50,329 bases of DNA from an uncultured Syntrophaceae bacterium (GCA_903893135.1 CAITLA010000065.1:1-50329); one strand, 5' to 3'. Counted from the stretch's first letter, positions 27,801 through 36,570 are shown. Numbers and translations: made by a program. The notes: generated from the sequence alone by a model not told the origin.

Positions 27801-27964
27801 CTACTGCACGGCAGATCATGGGAACCGCCGTCATGGGAGGGACACTGGCTGCATCGCTGATCGCCGTCTTTCTCATTCCCGTGACATTCTATGTTGTCAT
27901 GGTTCTCTCCCACAGGAAGAAAAAAGATGACCGGCGGGAGAGCGAGGAAAAAAACGATGCGTAA
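24815..27964 (+). CDS. RND (HAE1, AcrB/MexB-type) multidrug efflux permease
   Basis: The 1049-aa ORF has a GTG start, the N-terminus [14 protein letters not shown], and 12-TM architecture with two large loops. Confidence 0.95.
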   Translation: MAKFFINRPIVAMVISIMFVILGTVALVQLPVSQFPEIVPPEIQINTMYVGADALTVEQSVATPIEQQLSGVDNMNYMFSLNSNIGIMRLIISFDVSTNPNTDQVLTQIRQNQAEPMLPMDVRNYGVTVQKSRFAPLMMFSLYSPNETHDAAFLANYAYINLSDQLLRVPGIAMVSIFGAGQYSIRIWVKPDTLAKLSITVPQIIDAIQKQNTVNPAGQIGAEPSPPGQEFTYAVRAQGRLISEQEFGEIIIRANPDGSIVRLKDVARIDLGTQVYNIRGRLNGKPAANIALYQLPGTNAIAAAKGARKVMEEARDRFPADLDYALGLDTTRAITEGINEIVKTLFIAIILVIIVVFIFLQGWRPTLIPTVAVPVSLVGTFAFFPFLGFSINTLSIFGLVLAIGLVVDNAIIVVEAVERHMDEGMAPKEAALKTMEEVSGPMIAIALVLSAVFIPTVFIPGITGRLYQQFAATIAISVLISTFNALSLSPALCALLLKPKSDSQGPLGKFYSLFNRAFGRATNGYVSLSGTLIRKSVLSLVFLAGITVVSGGISKAIPAGFLPEEDQGYMFINLALPDAASLQRTDAACKKIEEILANTPGVKYYTTVVGVSLLSIVQNTYSGFFFVNLKEWKYREKPEEQYEAIMAHLNRELGKLPEGVAFAFSPPAIPGIGTAGGVTLVLEDRAGKDIPYLAENVNKFLEAARQRPELERVTTTFLPGVPQIFINVDRDKVLKQGVDLRQVYQTLQTFMGGYFVNYFNRFGRQWQVYVQAEGEYRNKAEKVGQFFVQNERGDPVPLSAVTTIESRTGPEFTMRYNLYRSAQINATANPGYSSAQAMKALEEVFAQTMPSEMGLDYMGMSFQEKKAQEGIPTYVIFGFSLLCVFLILAALYESWSLPVSVLLSTPVAVFGAFVAIWLRGQVNNIYAQIALIVLIGLTAKNAILIVEFAKAKYEEGMSITDAALEGARLRLRPILMTSFAFLFGVLPLAVSTGAGATARQIMGTAVMGGTLAASLIAVFLIPVTFYVVMVLSHRKKKDDRRESEEKNDA

Positions 27965-29423
27965 CATCATCATCTGCTCACTTCTGGCAATTGTCCTTTC
28001 CGGCTGCATGATGGGCCCGGACTACCGGAGACCGGCTGTGGAGACGCCTGCATCCTGGCGCTTTGAAGAAAAAGAGGCAAGAGAGATCGGCAATGCCGCA
28101 TGGTGGGAGCAATTCAACGATCCCGTCCTGAACTCACTGATTCAAACGGCATTGAAGGAGAATAAGGATGTCATGATTGCCACGGCGCGCGTGGAAGAAT
28201 TTGTAGGCCGATATGGCATTACTCGCGCCGCCATCTTCCCCCAGGCAGGCGCAGGAGCAGCTGTGGGCAGAAGCAGGGCCACGGACAACGGCCAAACTCC
28301 CCTCACAGACGCCACTATAAACCCTGCGGACAACTATTCCGCCACCCTGTATGCGGGCTGGGAAATTGACCTGTGGGGCAAGCTAAGGAGGGCGAAAGAG
28401 GCATCCCGTGCCGATCTCCTGAGTCAGGAAGAGGCACGAAGGGGCGTTATCCTTATTCTTGTAACCTCTGTGGCAGGCTCCTACGTGAACCTTCGCGACC
28501 TTGACAAACAGCTCGAGATTGCCAAGCGCACCGCACAGAGTCGTAAGGAGTCTCATGATCTTTTCCAGTTGCGCTTCCGGGGCGGCGTCATCTCCGAACT
28601 CGAACTGAGCCAGGTTAAATCAATGTATGAGCAGGCCCTCGCAATCATCCCGTTTCTCGAAAAGGCCGTTGCCCAGCAGGAAAACGCCCTCTCCGTCCTC
28701 CTCGGACGAAATCCCGGTCCTATTCCCCGGGGAAAGCGAATCGATGACCTTGTCCTTCCCGCCGTACCGGCGGGCCTGCCTTCAGAGCTCCTGGCCAAAC
28801 GTCCGGACATACGTCAGGCGGAACAGACCCTGATTGCGGCCAATGCGAGAATCGGCGTGGCGCGGTCACTCTACTTTCCGACTATTTCTCTCACCGGCAC
28901 GTATGGATTTGCGAGCAATGACCTCTCAACACTCTTCCAGGGTCCATCCAGAGCGTGGAGCTGGAACGTTCCTCTGAATGTGCCGATCTTCACAGCAGGA
29001 GCCATTGGTGGACAGGTCGAAGCAGCCGAGGCGATACAGCGGCAGGCCCTCATTCAGTATCAGCAATCCATCCAGAGGGCCTTTCGTGAAGTCGAAGACG
29101 CCCTTATTGACCAGAGGAGATCACGGGAAGAACTTGATATCCAGACGCGGCAGGTTGAATCTTTGCGCACCTACACTCGCTTCGCGCGTCTGAGATTTGA
29201 AAACGGCTACACGAGCTACATCGAGGTGCTCGACGCTGAGCGCAGCCTTTTCGACGCGGAACTTGCACGGGCTCGGACGGCAGGGGTTCTCTTCCAGGCT
29301 CTCGTGAACCTCTACAAGGCAATAGGCGGCGGCTGGGTCATAGAGGCGGATAGTAGGATTGCCTCGGACCAAGACAAGAAACCAACCTCTGATTTCAACA
29401 GAGAAACCGGCGCCATACACTGA
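27957..29423 (+). CDS. NodT/OprM-family outer membrane factor lipoprotein
   Basis: The ATG at 27957 overlaps the pump stop (ATGCGTAA) and gives [17 protein letters not shown], a lipobox, followed by MMGPDYRRP. The track start at 27891 would add an implausible 22-aa leader. Confidence 0.9.
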   Translation: MRNIIICSLLAIVLSGCMMGPDYRRPAVETPASWRFEEKEAREIGNAAWWEQFNDPVLNSLIQTALKENKDVMIATARVEEFVGRYGITRAAIFPQAGAGAAVGRSRATDNGQTPLTDATINPADNYSATLYAGWEIDLWGKLRRAKEASRADLLSQEEARRGVILILVTSVAGSYVNLRDLDKQLEIAKRTAQSRKESHDLFQLRFRGGVISELELSQVKSMYEQALAIIPFLEKAVAQQENALSVLLGRNPGPIPRGKRIDDLVLPAVPAGLPSELLAKRPDIRQAEQTLIAANARIGVARSLYFPTISLTGTYGFASNDLSTLFQGPSRAWSWNVPLNVPIFTAGAIGGQVEAAEAIQRQALIQYQQSIQRAFREVEDALIDQRRSREELDIQTRQVESLRTYTRFARLRFENGYTSYIEVLDAERSLFDAELARARTAGVLFQALVNLYKAIGGGWVIEADSRIASDQDKKPTSDFNRETGAIH

Positions 29424-29466
29424 AAAGAGTATGGAGCGTTTCAATTCTCTGAAACCCATCAGAAGC

Positions 29467-29799
29467 TTATGGCAGGGTTCCTATGAGAAAGGGTCGGTGA
29501 AGTTCACAGGGGATACCCATTATCAGCCAGGAATTGCGGGCGTCCAGTTCCTCGTTGATGCGCGCTTTGGCAGTTTTAACGGTTCCGTCGTCACAGCATA
29601 CTTCGATTAAATAAGGCAGTTCTTCAATCACATCGGGCGGGGCACCGCCTATTTCCTCGCGATAAAAAGCAGAGGCTTCTTCTTCAGTATCGGCGGCAAT
29701 GACTATCTTGTGAATTCTGTATGCCTGCATGTCGAATATAAATATCCCTTCCTTCTTTGTAGCACCATTCACCGGTAATGCACAAACATTATCAAGCAA
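29467..29799 (-). CDS. hypothetical protein (110 aa from TTG; 87 aa if ATG 29730 is used)
   Basis: An ORF convergent with the RND operon. No family recognised. The start is ambiguous: MQAYRIHKIVIAADTEEEA begins at 29730. Confidence 0.4.
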   Translation of the reverse strand: MLDNVCALPVNGATKKEGIFIFDMQAYRIHKIVIAADTEEEASAFYREEIGGAPPDVIEELPYLIEVCCDDGTVKTAKARINEELDARNSWLIMGIPCELHRPFLIGTLP

Positions 29800-29940
29800 A
29801 AATTCTAACGATGATGAAAATTGTTAACATCTACGAGGCCTCGCGGCATAATTCGTGCGCGAATGTATGATTGCCGGATGAATTCAACAACGACCAAGCT
29901 TTGTGGTCGCGTTATTCGCCATCCGGTGGAGTCATTTTAG

Positions 29941-30474
29941 TTATTTCTTTTCATACGGCAATTCTTGTATAAAATTACGAAGACGCTTTTCTGCAAGTTT
30001 TGCCTTTTCCGGACTGGTGAATAGATCAATTAGAAAATCATCGATGCCTTGAAAAAATGCCTCTTTTAGAGCTGGAACAGAGACCAAGACTAACTCTTTT
30101 GATATAGTTGGGGCGTAACGCACTTCTGGCAGTGCTTTGTCCATATAACCCACCATTCGGCAAATTCCTTTTCTGCTCAAATTGGATATTACGCCGTATG
30201 AATGAAGCATCGCACAACGTGCTCCGTAAAGATCAAGTCCTGTTAACTGTTCTTGGCACGGGAAGTTTATATAACGTTCTGCCCAATCAACAAAATCATC
30301 TCTTGTTACGTCTTCTTGCTCAGCGGGCATGTTCAAATATGCCATCGAGTCTATACCAGAAAGAATCAGGATGACTGCCGCAGAAAGACAATTATTCTCG
30401 ATGCTGACTTGTATCCCTTTTTTGATTCCACCGTAAATTGCATTTATGATGGGATCCCTTAAGATGTCTTTCAT
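29941..30474 (-). CDS. hypothetical 177-aa protein, third gene of the AT-rich cassette
   Basis: The ORF lies 34 nt downstream of the 964-aa gene. The product looks soluble and helical. No family recognised. It contains one Rx4H string (GARCAMLHSYG). Confidence 0.6.
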   Translation of the reverse strand: MKDILRDPIINAIYGGIKKGIQVSIENNCLSAAVILILSGIDSMAYLNMPAEQEDVTRDDFVDWAERYINFPCQEQLTGLDLYGARCAMLHSYGVISNLSRKGICRMVGYMDKALPEVRYAPTISKELVLVSVPALKEAFFQGIDDFLIDLFTSPEKAKLAEKRLRNFIQELPYEKK

Positions 30475-30508
30475 ATCATTTCTTGCTTAAGTAAAGACTT
30501 GACCCTAT

Positions 30509-33403
30509 TTATATATCATAACGTGAGAGCAGATCTTGATATTCATAATATCTTCGACTCAACAAATAATTAACAAGATGTTTGACCACTTCTCTAATCT
30601 TAGGATCAGAGCTTTGAAAAGCCTTTGTCAATATCGTTCTTGTGTAATCACGCCATCCTAAAATACTCCAACCCTCTCTATCATGACGCGCAATCAATTC
30701 CAAACATTGGATAGCTTCTTTTGGCATCTTGTCAACAAGTACAGCAAGTCTTTCCATGATGAGATTATCTGACTGGGTCTTTCCGGATATCTCTAATGCC
30801 CTCATCATTTGATTGATAGCCCATTTATCATCGAATTTTTCAGAATAGAACCACCAACTAAAAGATCCCATTTCCTCACTATGCTTACCAGGTTCCTTTT
30901 CCGCTTCACCGTGCCTTGTTTCCCAGAGATTTCTTAATCGTAATAGAACTTCAGGTGGCACTTTTCCCACAGTATTTTTAAGACTCCGCCCTATGAACTC
31001 TATAGCGTGGCCCCTAACTGTTGCAGGAGCTTCATTCCAAAAACGGTTGAAAAGACCTTCAGGTTCATCCATCTCAAGTTTTCCTCGCCAGTAGAACGTC
31101 ATTAAATGCTCAGCGAGTCTTTGATCAGGATCAGCAAGCCGTTTTTCACCTTCCCTGATTTCTCCGAGATGCTCAACGGCGTTTTTGTACTGGTTTCCTA
31201 AGATATCAAAGACATTATTATAAGGCGCGCAAAAGTATAAATAGGCTTCCCATGCTGCATCTTTATATGCCCGATCATGCGGGTCGGTAGGGAATATTTC
31301 GGTAATATGATTTTTCGACCATACTGGATCAAGAAGCACTAACCATGGGAACCAACGGCCATAGACCGAACGGATGGCCAGCGACGAGTCCTTTGAGGTG
31401 TCAAGATGCTCTTCAAGGACTTCACGAACTTCTGACATTGCTTCAAGACCGCGGTTTAAATTTATCTCTTTGTCCGGCAACCGTTGTAAATGCCGACGAA
31501 TCCATAAGGCATACAGAATAACTGCATTCATTGCTTCGCCTCGAACAGAGTTAATAGCTAGTGTGGCAGGATCCATACTCTTGGATTTTTTGTAGCCATC
31601 TTCTGTCTCAGGCGACGGATCAGGATCTTTCGATAAAATATAGAGAATTTTCCAAACTTCTTTACGTTTATTTATTCTGATTTGTCCAATGCCCTTTTGA
31701 ACGCCCATCTCAAGCAGATTGGCAATATGCCTCCGTGTCCAGCCCCAGTCAGGGTCTATATCACGAATCGAGATATCCCGATCTGGAATTTCACGAGGTT
31801 GCTTCACCACCCAAATACATAGCTTCAAAATAGCTGACCACTTGACCTTTTTTTTCTGTTTCAAAGATTCCTCAAGTCCTGAAATACAAGCACGTACATA
31901 TGTGGGGTCAAGACCAATGAATTTGTCAGCTTCGGTCGAGAAACGAACTGGATCTTTTGCAATGACAGAAGACAACATACGACCAAAGCCTTCAGGAGAT
32001 GATGTCATTGATTCACCTGACGGTTGCCATGACCCTAAGAAATCTATAATCAGGTCGACGGACATCTTTTCTATCTCGTCGGAACTCTTGGGACTCCTTG
32101 GACCGACCCATGTACCACTACTGTACCGGGCAAAATCTGTATGTGCCGGTTCGCCATATATTCGGATTAATAATTCGTAGCGTTCTTTCCATTTACCCGA
32201 AAGATGTTCCTTAAACCACACAAGATGATCCCTTTGCCATGTCTCACGATAGTCGACAAGTTCTTCTTTAGAAGGGCGATTACCTGACGTTTTTTCTCTA
32301 AATTCTGCATAATCAGTCAAATCAGGCCCTTCATCTATCCAGTTAAAAATGACATTCTCCTGTTCTTCACTAAGCTTACCAAAGTGCTTGCCGAGAAGGA
32401 GTGCATACTCATGGGTCATGCTAATGTCATCGAACAGTTCTCTGTCCATCATTTGGGCAGTCAAAATTTTATGTGAAGTATCTGGGAACAAGCGCAGAAT
32501 GTGAAGCGCGATACGGTGGAAAATTTTCCACGGCCGTTTTTCAAAAAGAAGTATAATTTCTGGAATCTTTGTTACATCAGTACGAGCAATAGTTTCTGCC
32601 GCATCCCGAACAGCCGGAACCAAGACATCCTTGATGCTGTAAGTATGATTTTGAGGGTTATCTTCAATCGCGGGACGCCAGATATAGGAATAATCTTCAT
32701 ACACTACTTCATTACGCCGTTGGGATAGATGCACAGCTGATTCAAGAATGTCACAAAGAAGGATTAATGCCCTCATGCCAGCAGCTTCGACAAGAACTGG
32801 AATATGGTTTTTCACTATTTGCTCGTATACCCATTTTTCAAATCGAGCTATCGGTTGAGGAGGAAGGAGGTAGAGATTATTCTTTTCATGTTCAATTTCT
32901 CGTTTTGGATCCGGAAGAACTTCCAAGAGTATAGTCGCAAGTTCGAGCGCTTCGTCAATTTGACCTCCTTTGGCAAGATGTGCCACCAGAGAGCCAAGTT
33001 TTTCTGGCAAAAGAAGATGATAGCGGGAGAGAGCCCATTTTTTGATCTTTTTAATCAAGCGGGCAGCAATTGGTGGGGGCATTTGAAGTGTTGCATCAGC
33101 AAGATCCTCATAAACACGGACATTATCGGTATCTGCCATTTCAAAAATGATTTTACAAACTAGATCAGGTTTTAAGGATGCGATTCTTGCTAAATATCGT
33201 GACTCCGGCCATACTAGAAATTGGATATACTCTCCTTCTCTTTTTAGGGGTGGTGGATCACTAAACATCTTAGCTTCCCATAAATGTTCTAGCCAATCGG
33301 CTGATTTCAAATTATTAAAGAAATACTCGTAATTTGCATAAATCTTGAATGTCTTTAATGCTTTTTGTACAAGCTCTTTCTTAGGTGTTGGCATCACCTT
33401 CAC
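30509..33403 (-). CDS. hypothetical 964-aa protein, probably an all-alpha repeat scaffold
   Basis: This is the longest ORF in the AT-rich segment, and no comparable ORF exists on the other strand. Its start overlaps the upstream 243-aa gene by 23 nt. The product is rich in W, Y, L, E and K. I see no TM segment, signal peptide or catalytic motif. Confidence 0.8.
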   Translation of the reverse strand: MKVMPTPKKELVQKALKTFKIYANYEYFFNNLKSADWLEHLWEAKMFSDPPPLKREGEYIQFLVWPESRYLARIASLKPDLVCKIIFEMADTDNVRVYEDLADATLQMPPPIAARLIKKIKKWALSRYHLLLPEKLGSLVAHLAKGGQIDEALELATILLEVLPDPKREIEHEKNNLYLLPPQPIARFEKWVYEQIVKNHIPVLVEAAGMRALILLCDILESAVHLSQRRNEVVYEDYSYIWRPAIEDNPQNHTYSIKDVLVPAVRDAAETIARTDVTKIPEIILLFEKRPWKIFHRIALHILRLFPDTSHKILTAQMMDRELFDDISMTHEYALLLGKHFGKLSEEQENVIFNWIDEGPDLTDYAEFREKTSGNRPSKEELVDYRETWQRDHLVWFKEHLSGKWKERYELLIRIYGEPAHTDFARYSSGTWVGPRSPKSSDEIEKMSVDLIIDFLGSWQPSGESMTSSPEGFGRMLSSVIAKDPVRFSTEADKFIGLDPTYVRACISGLEESLKQKKKVKWSAILKLCIWVVKQPREIPDRDISIRDIDPDWGWTRRHIANLLEMGVQKGIGQIRINKRKEVWKILYILSKDPDPSPETEDGYKKSKSMDPATLAINSVRGEAMNAVILYALWIRRHLQRLPDKEINLNRGLEAMSEVREVLEEHLDTSKDSSLAIRSVYGRWFPWLVLLDPVWSKNHITEIFPTDPHDRAYKDAAWEAYLYFCAPYNNVFDILGNQYKNAVEHLGEIREGEKRLADPDQRLAEHLMTFYWRGKLEMDEPEGLFNRFWNEAPATVRGHAIEFIGRSLKNTVGKVPPEVLLRLRNLWETRHGEAEKEPGKHSEEMGSFSWWFYSEKFDDKWAINQMMRALEISGKTQSDNLIMERLAVLVDKMPKEAIQCLELIARHDREGWSILGWRDYTRTILTKAFQSSDPKIREVVKHLVNYLLSRRYYEYQDLLSRYDI

Positions 33404-34112
33404 CCGCCCTGATTATAGATTTGATCAAATTTAAGTCGGCATAAGTATGAGGTTGCAATCGATCTAGGAAAAATCTTTCCATAGTATGCAACCAAGATTC
33501 GAATTCCACAATATTTGTTAGTTTATCGTGATGGCACACACGAAGAAAATAGTCTCTAATAAAACCCCATTCATCAACACGGAGTTCTTCAATGGGTGAG
33601 GGTAAAGAAAGACCTGTTGGATCGAGGGTTCGTATTAACTTTGCTACTCTAGTCTTAAACTTCGGCCTACTCTCTTTAAACCATTCAAAGAACTTACTGT
33701 ACGCTTTTAAGAATTTTTTTAAACGAACTTCATCCAGTTCGCTACAATCGTCAATCTTTTTTACACCTTTTATAAGCCTATTCCACTCTTTCCCAAGGTT
33801 ATCGACTTTATTGCTCATCTTCTCTGAGCTATAAGGGTCCTTCAGTTCCACATCCATATATGAAGGAGCTTTAGCCATGAGCTCACGCATATTATGGGCT
33901 GATAGAGAAAATCTATCTGGATTAGTTTCATCTTTCAACACCATTAAGGCACCAAGATACATATCAGCTAATAGTGAATTCTTACTTAACAAGGCATCGT
34001 ATAATGCTTTTTGTTGACCATCAAGCTGTGGTGGCTCAGCAATTGGAGGTTCTGGACCTCTAACCTTTTCTAACAAACTACTTTGAGGATTCGATTTGTC
34101 GTGTTTTTTCAC
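33381..34112 (-). CDS. hypothetical 243-aa protein, first gene of the AT-rich cassette (GTG start)
   Basis: An ORF translationally coupled to the 964-aa gene. No family recognised. It contains an Rx5H string (NPDRFSLSAHNMRELM). Confidence 0.6.
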   Translation of the reverse strand: MKKHDKSNPQSSLLEKVRGPEPPIAEPPQLDGQQKALYDALLSKNSLLADMYLGALMVLKDETNPDRFSLSAHNMRELMAKAPSYMDVELKDPYSSEKMSNKVDNLGKEWNRLIKGVKKIDDCSELDEVRLKKFLKAYSKFFEWFKESRPKFKTRVAKLIRTLDPTGLSLPSPIEELRVDEWGFIRDYFLRVCHHDKLTNIVEFESWLHTMERFFLDRLQPHTYADLNLIKSIIRAGEGDANT

Positions 34113-34235
34113 GCATCACCACAAAATTAATTTTTAAGTCTAATGACGACTTGGCAGCATCTTGAATAATAATTGTCAAATGGTCAAGGAATTTATAGAA
34201 ATATAGTTAGATTACCAAAATTGAAAATGCCATCT

Positions 34236-34300
34236 GCCAATGTTGACAAACGGTATGTGAGAAGAAGTGAAGATCAGGCTGAGATGAAGGGGATGCAGTG
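34236..34300 (+). repeat. 65-nt direct repeat, copy A
   Basis: GCCAATGTTGACAAACGGTATGTGAGAAGAAGTGAAGATCAGGCTGAGATGAAGGGGATGCAGTG matches 37078-37142 at 59 of 65 positions by hand alignment, in the same orientation. Weaker similarity extends upstream (ATTACCAAAATTGAAA at 34211 versus ATTACCAATTGAAA at 37005). Confidence 0.9.
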
Positions 34301-34406
34301 AGTATGGAGAAATCTTGAGAATAACAGGTTGACGGAAAGGCGGAAAAATACTATACGTTTCGATAACTGTATAAACATCTAAATATATTTGCCCGGGGGT
34401 AATGTC

Positions 34407-34679
34407 ATGTCCGGAAAATCAGGTAATGCAAAGTCAACGAAAGATGTAGAGCGTGTTGTTGCCGCCTTCAAGGCCCTATCCAACGAAACGCGCTTGGGCA
34501 TCTTTGAAAAGATTCGTCTTGGACGGGCAAAGGCATCACTGAATCAGGAAATACGTCCATCCGTCTGCAATGTGGCCAGCAATTTTGATATTTCCCTGTC
34601 CACGATCTCCCATCACATCAAGGAGCTCCGTAACGCCGACCTTGTCCGCTGCGAACGGCAGGGCCAGACGATCCTTTGA
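34407..34679 (+). CDS. ArsR/SmtB family metalloregulator, ORF ended by an in-frame TGA inside the wing
   Basis: The ORF has the HTH (ALSNETRLGIFEKI...LSTISHHIKELRNADLV) and then CERQGQTIL-TGA. The frame stays open for 19 more sense codons (QPVEETIRMMVDYLTGHRK) to a TAA at 34737-34739. I prefer the ATG at 34407 (GGGGG upstream) to the TTG at 34389. Confidence 0.75.
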   Translation: MSGKSGNAKSTKDVERVVAAFKALSNETRLGIFEKIRLGRAKASLNQEIRPSVCNVASNFDISLSTISHHIKELRNADLVRCERQGQTIL

Positions 34680-34790
34680 CAGCCTGTGGAAGAAACCATC
34701 AGGATGATGGTGGATTATCTAACTGGCCATCGTAAATAACCAATATATTCAAGTCATTATCATAATCATAAAAATATCTTAAATAATCCC

Positions 34791-34818
34791 TTGACAAACG
34801 GAATACTATCACTATTAT
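34791..34818 (+). promoter_or_regulatory. candidate sigma70-type promoter for the membrane / Met-Cys-rich gene pair
   Basis: TTGACA (34791-34796) is followed by a 16-nt spacer and TATTAT (34813-34818). The first 11 nt, TTGACAAACGG, are identical to 34243-34253 inside repeat copy A. Confidence 0.45.
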
Positions 34819-34910
34819 ATATTTCGACAGTCATACAAATATACAAAAGCAATAATTTAACTCCGTTGCTATTTCTCAAGCATGGAAGGGGGGAGGAAAG
34901 GAGAAGTGTC

Positions 34911-35189
34911 ATGTCAATTAATCAAGCGGCATCAAAAAATTTCGGCAATCTGTGTTGTAGGGCCTGGACCCATCAAGGGAATCCTGCTCGAAAAAAGAAA
35001 ATCGGCATTATGCTGGTTACAATCGGCCTGATCTGGTTTGGGGCAAGGATGGGACTGCTCGAATTCTCATGGCTGCAAGCGGTTTACTTCTGGCCCGCAG
35101 TATTGATTCTTCTGGGCGCTTGGATGGTCTATAAAGGGTCCATGCGGGGAATATCAAGGACAAGTGACAACAAAACCAAGGAGGTATGA
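34911..35189 (+). CDS. small two-helix membrane protein (92 aa)
   Basis: GGAAAGGAG lies 7 nt before the ATG at 34911. The product begins MSINQAASKNFGN and has two hydrophobic helices (IGIMLVTIGLIWFGA, VYFWPAVLILLGAWMVY). The track start at 34791 lies inside the promoter region. Confidence 0.65.
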   Translation: MSINQAASKNFGNLCCRAWTHQGNPARKKKIGIMLVTIGLIWFGARMGLLEFSWLQAVYFWPAVLILLGAWMVYKGSMRGISRTSDNKTKEV

Positions 35190-35190
35190 A

Positions 35191-35454
35191 ATGAAAGCAA
35201 TGTTTAGCAAGATGATGGAAGGATGCATGAAGGGGATGTCCGAGGAGGACAAGAAAAAAATGATGGCCTGCTGCGGCGAGAAGATGGCTGCGATGTTCTC
35301 ATCTACGGGAATGAAGGACATGACCGAAGAGGGAAAGAAGGAGATGCGGGAGAAGATGATGGCCTGCTGCGGGAGCAAGATGGAGATGATGTCGGCCTGT
35401 TTTAAGAAGGCAGGTTCAACATCCGATCAGGCGTGTTGCGCGGAAAAGGCGTAA
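35191..35454 (+). CDS. Met/Cys-rich 87-aa protein, putative soft-metal binding
   Basis: AAGGAGG lies 7 nt before the ATG at 35191, which sits 1 nt after the upstream stop. By my count the product has 18 Met and 8 Cys in 87 aa. It has an internal repeat, KKKMMACCGEKM and REKMMACCGSKM, and no signal peptide. Confidence 0.7.
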   Translation: MKAMFSKMMEGCMKGMSEEDKKKMMACCGEKMAAMFSSTGMKDMTEEGKKEMREKMMACCGSKMEMMSACFKKAGSTSDQACCAEKA

Positions 35455-35474
35455 GAGCAGGATATGCGTTTTTC

Positions 35475-35504
35475 AAGGGACCGGTTATGGCGACCGGTCC
35501 TTTT
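35475..35504 (+). terminator. rho-independent terminator
   Basis: AAGGGACCGGT (35475-35485) pairs with ACCGGTCCTTT (35493-35503) with one G-U pair and a 7-nt loop. The T run forms part of the 3' arm. Confidence 0.65.
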
Positions 35505-35651
35505 GGAAGGAAAAGCAAGGAAGTTTCGAACAAGAATGCGAGCGCTGATCTTTAAAAATCGGCCTGAGTGGCGGATTTGTTGGCTGCACCTACTTGTCAA
35601 CACCTGCCTCTGACATAAAGAATAACGATCACCATTTGAAAGAGAGTTATA

Positions 35652-36299
35652 TTACCGTTTGGCCTTCAAGTCTTCTATCTCACTGGCTTGAATTTGCAGA
35701 AGCTTATGGGCCTTCTCCAATTCAATCTCTTTGCTTTTGCGCTCGGTGATGTCAAAAAGGACACATAGAATAACGGTTTGTCCGTCGAAGGTTACGGGCA
35801 TGGGCGTGGCAACCACGGTGATGACCGCTCCATCCTCGCGGCGGATATTCACTTCCAATGGACGGACAGCAACCTCCGTTTCGGTCATCATCCGATTTGA
35901 CTTATCAATTTCATCATAGAGTTCCGGAGGGACAAATTTGAGCAAGTGACTGCCGATGATTCCATCCGTTGAAGTCAATTTGAACAACATCAAGAAGGCC
36001 GGATTGACATAGACGATTTTACCCTTGATATAAACCAATATGGCAACAGGCAACTTTTCGATCATGAGTCGATGCTGTTCTTCACTATCTCGCAGCAAAT
36101 CTTTTGCCGCCAGCTGTGCGTTGATCAGAAACTGGGTGGAGATCCCATAGACCAACAGGGAGATGGTGATCATGAGTCGGCTCACCATTCGACCCTCTGT
36201 AATAATATCAATAGCCCAATAGATCAGAATAATGGCGATGGAAATAAATATAAGTCCATTTTTTTCTATAAATACTCTAGTCTCCTTCCAACGAGTCAT
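35652..36299 (-). CDS. membrane-anchored PAS-domain sensor without recognisable output domain
   Basis: GGAGG lies 7 nt before the ATG at 36299 (MTRWKE). Two TM helices are followed by a PAS fold (MIEKLPVAILVY...VNPAFLMLF...FDITERK) and a short coiled coil. The ORF then stops where a HisKA domain would normally begin. Confidence 0.75.
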   Translation of the reverse strand: MTRWKETRVFIEKNGLIFISIAIILIYWAIDIITEGRMVSRLMITISLLVYGISTQFLINAQLAAKDLLRDSEEQHRLMIEKLPVAILVYIKGKIVYVNPAFLMLFKLTSTDGIIGSHLLKFVPPELYDEIDKSNRMMTETEVAVRPLEVNIRREDGAVITVVATPMPVTFDGQTVILCVLFDITERKSKEIELEKAHKLLQIQASEIEDLKAKR

Positions 36300-36570
36300 T
36301 TCATTTCCTCCAGGATAGATAATGCCTTTCCACTTTTCCCCCATACCATTCCCAAGCTGAAGGCTACAAATTCATCAATAGAGGCAGCATCAGCAATAAA
36401 GATAGATAGCTAGGCAGTCCAAATTACAAACATTAACGTTTGTACTCTTGCATAGTTTATAAAGTAACTCAATCAAAGAGTACAGGAAGTATGCAAGAGC
36501 CGGATCGACCTTATTTCTTTTATCCCGGATGATTAAGCAACTGGCAGGATTTATTGTTTTAAGGGGGCTA

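Noticed and set aside
27891-27956. The upstream extension of the outer-membrane-factor ORF ([22 protein letters not shown]).
   Set aside because: It lies inside the 3' end of the RND pump gene. The internal ATG at 27957 yields a canonical lipoprotein signal and an ATGCGTAA overlap with the pump stop.
30776-30799. A Walker-A-like string, ALEISGKT, in the 964-aa protein.
   Set aside because: It fits only the relaxed [AG]x4GK[ST] pattern. It lies about 90 residues from the C-terminus in helical context, and I see no Walker B or other NTPase motifs. It is most likely a chance match.
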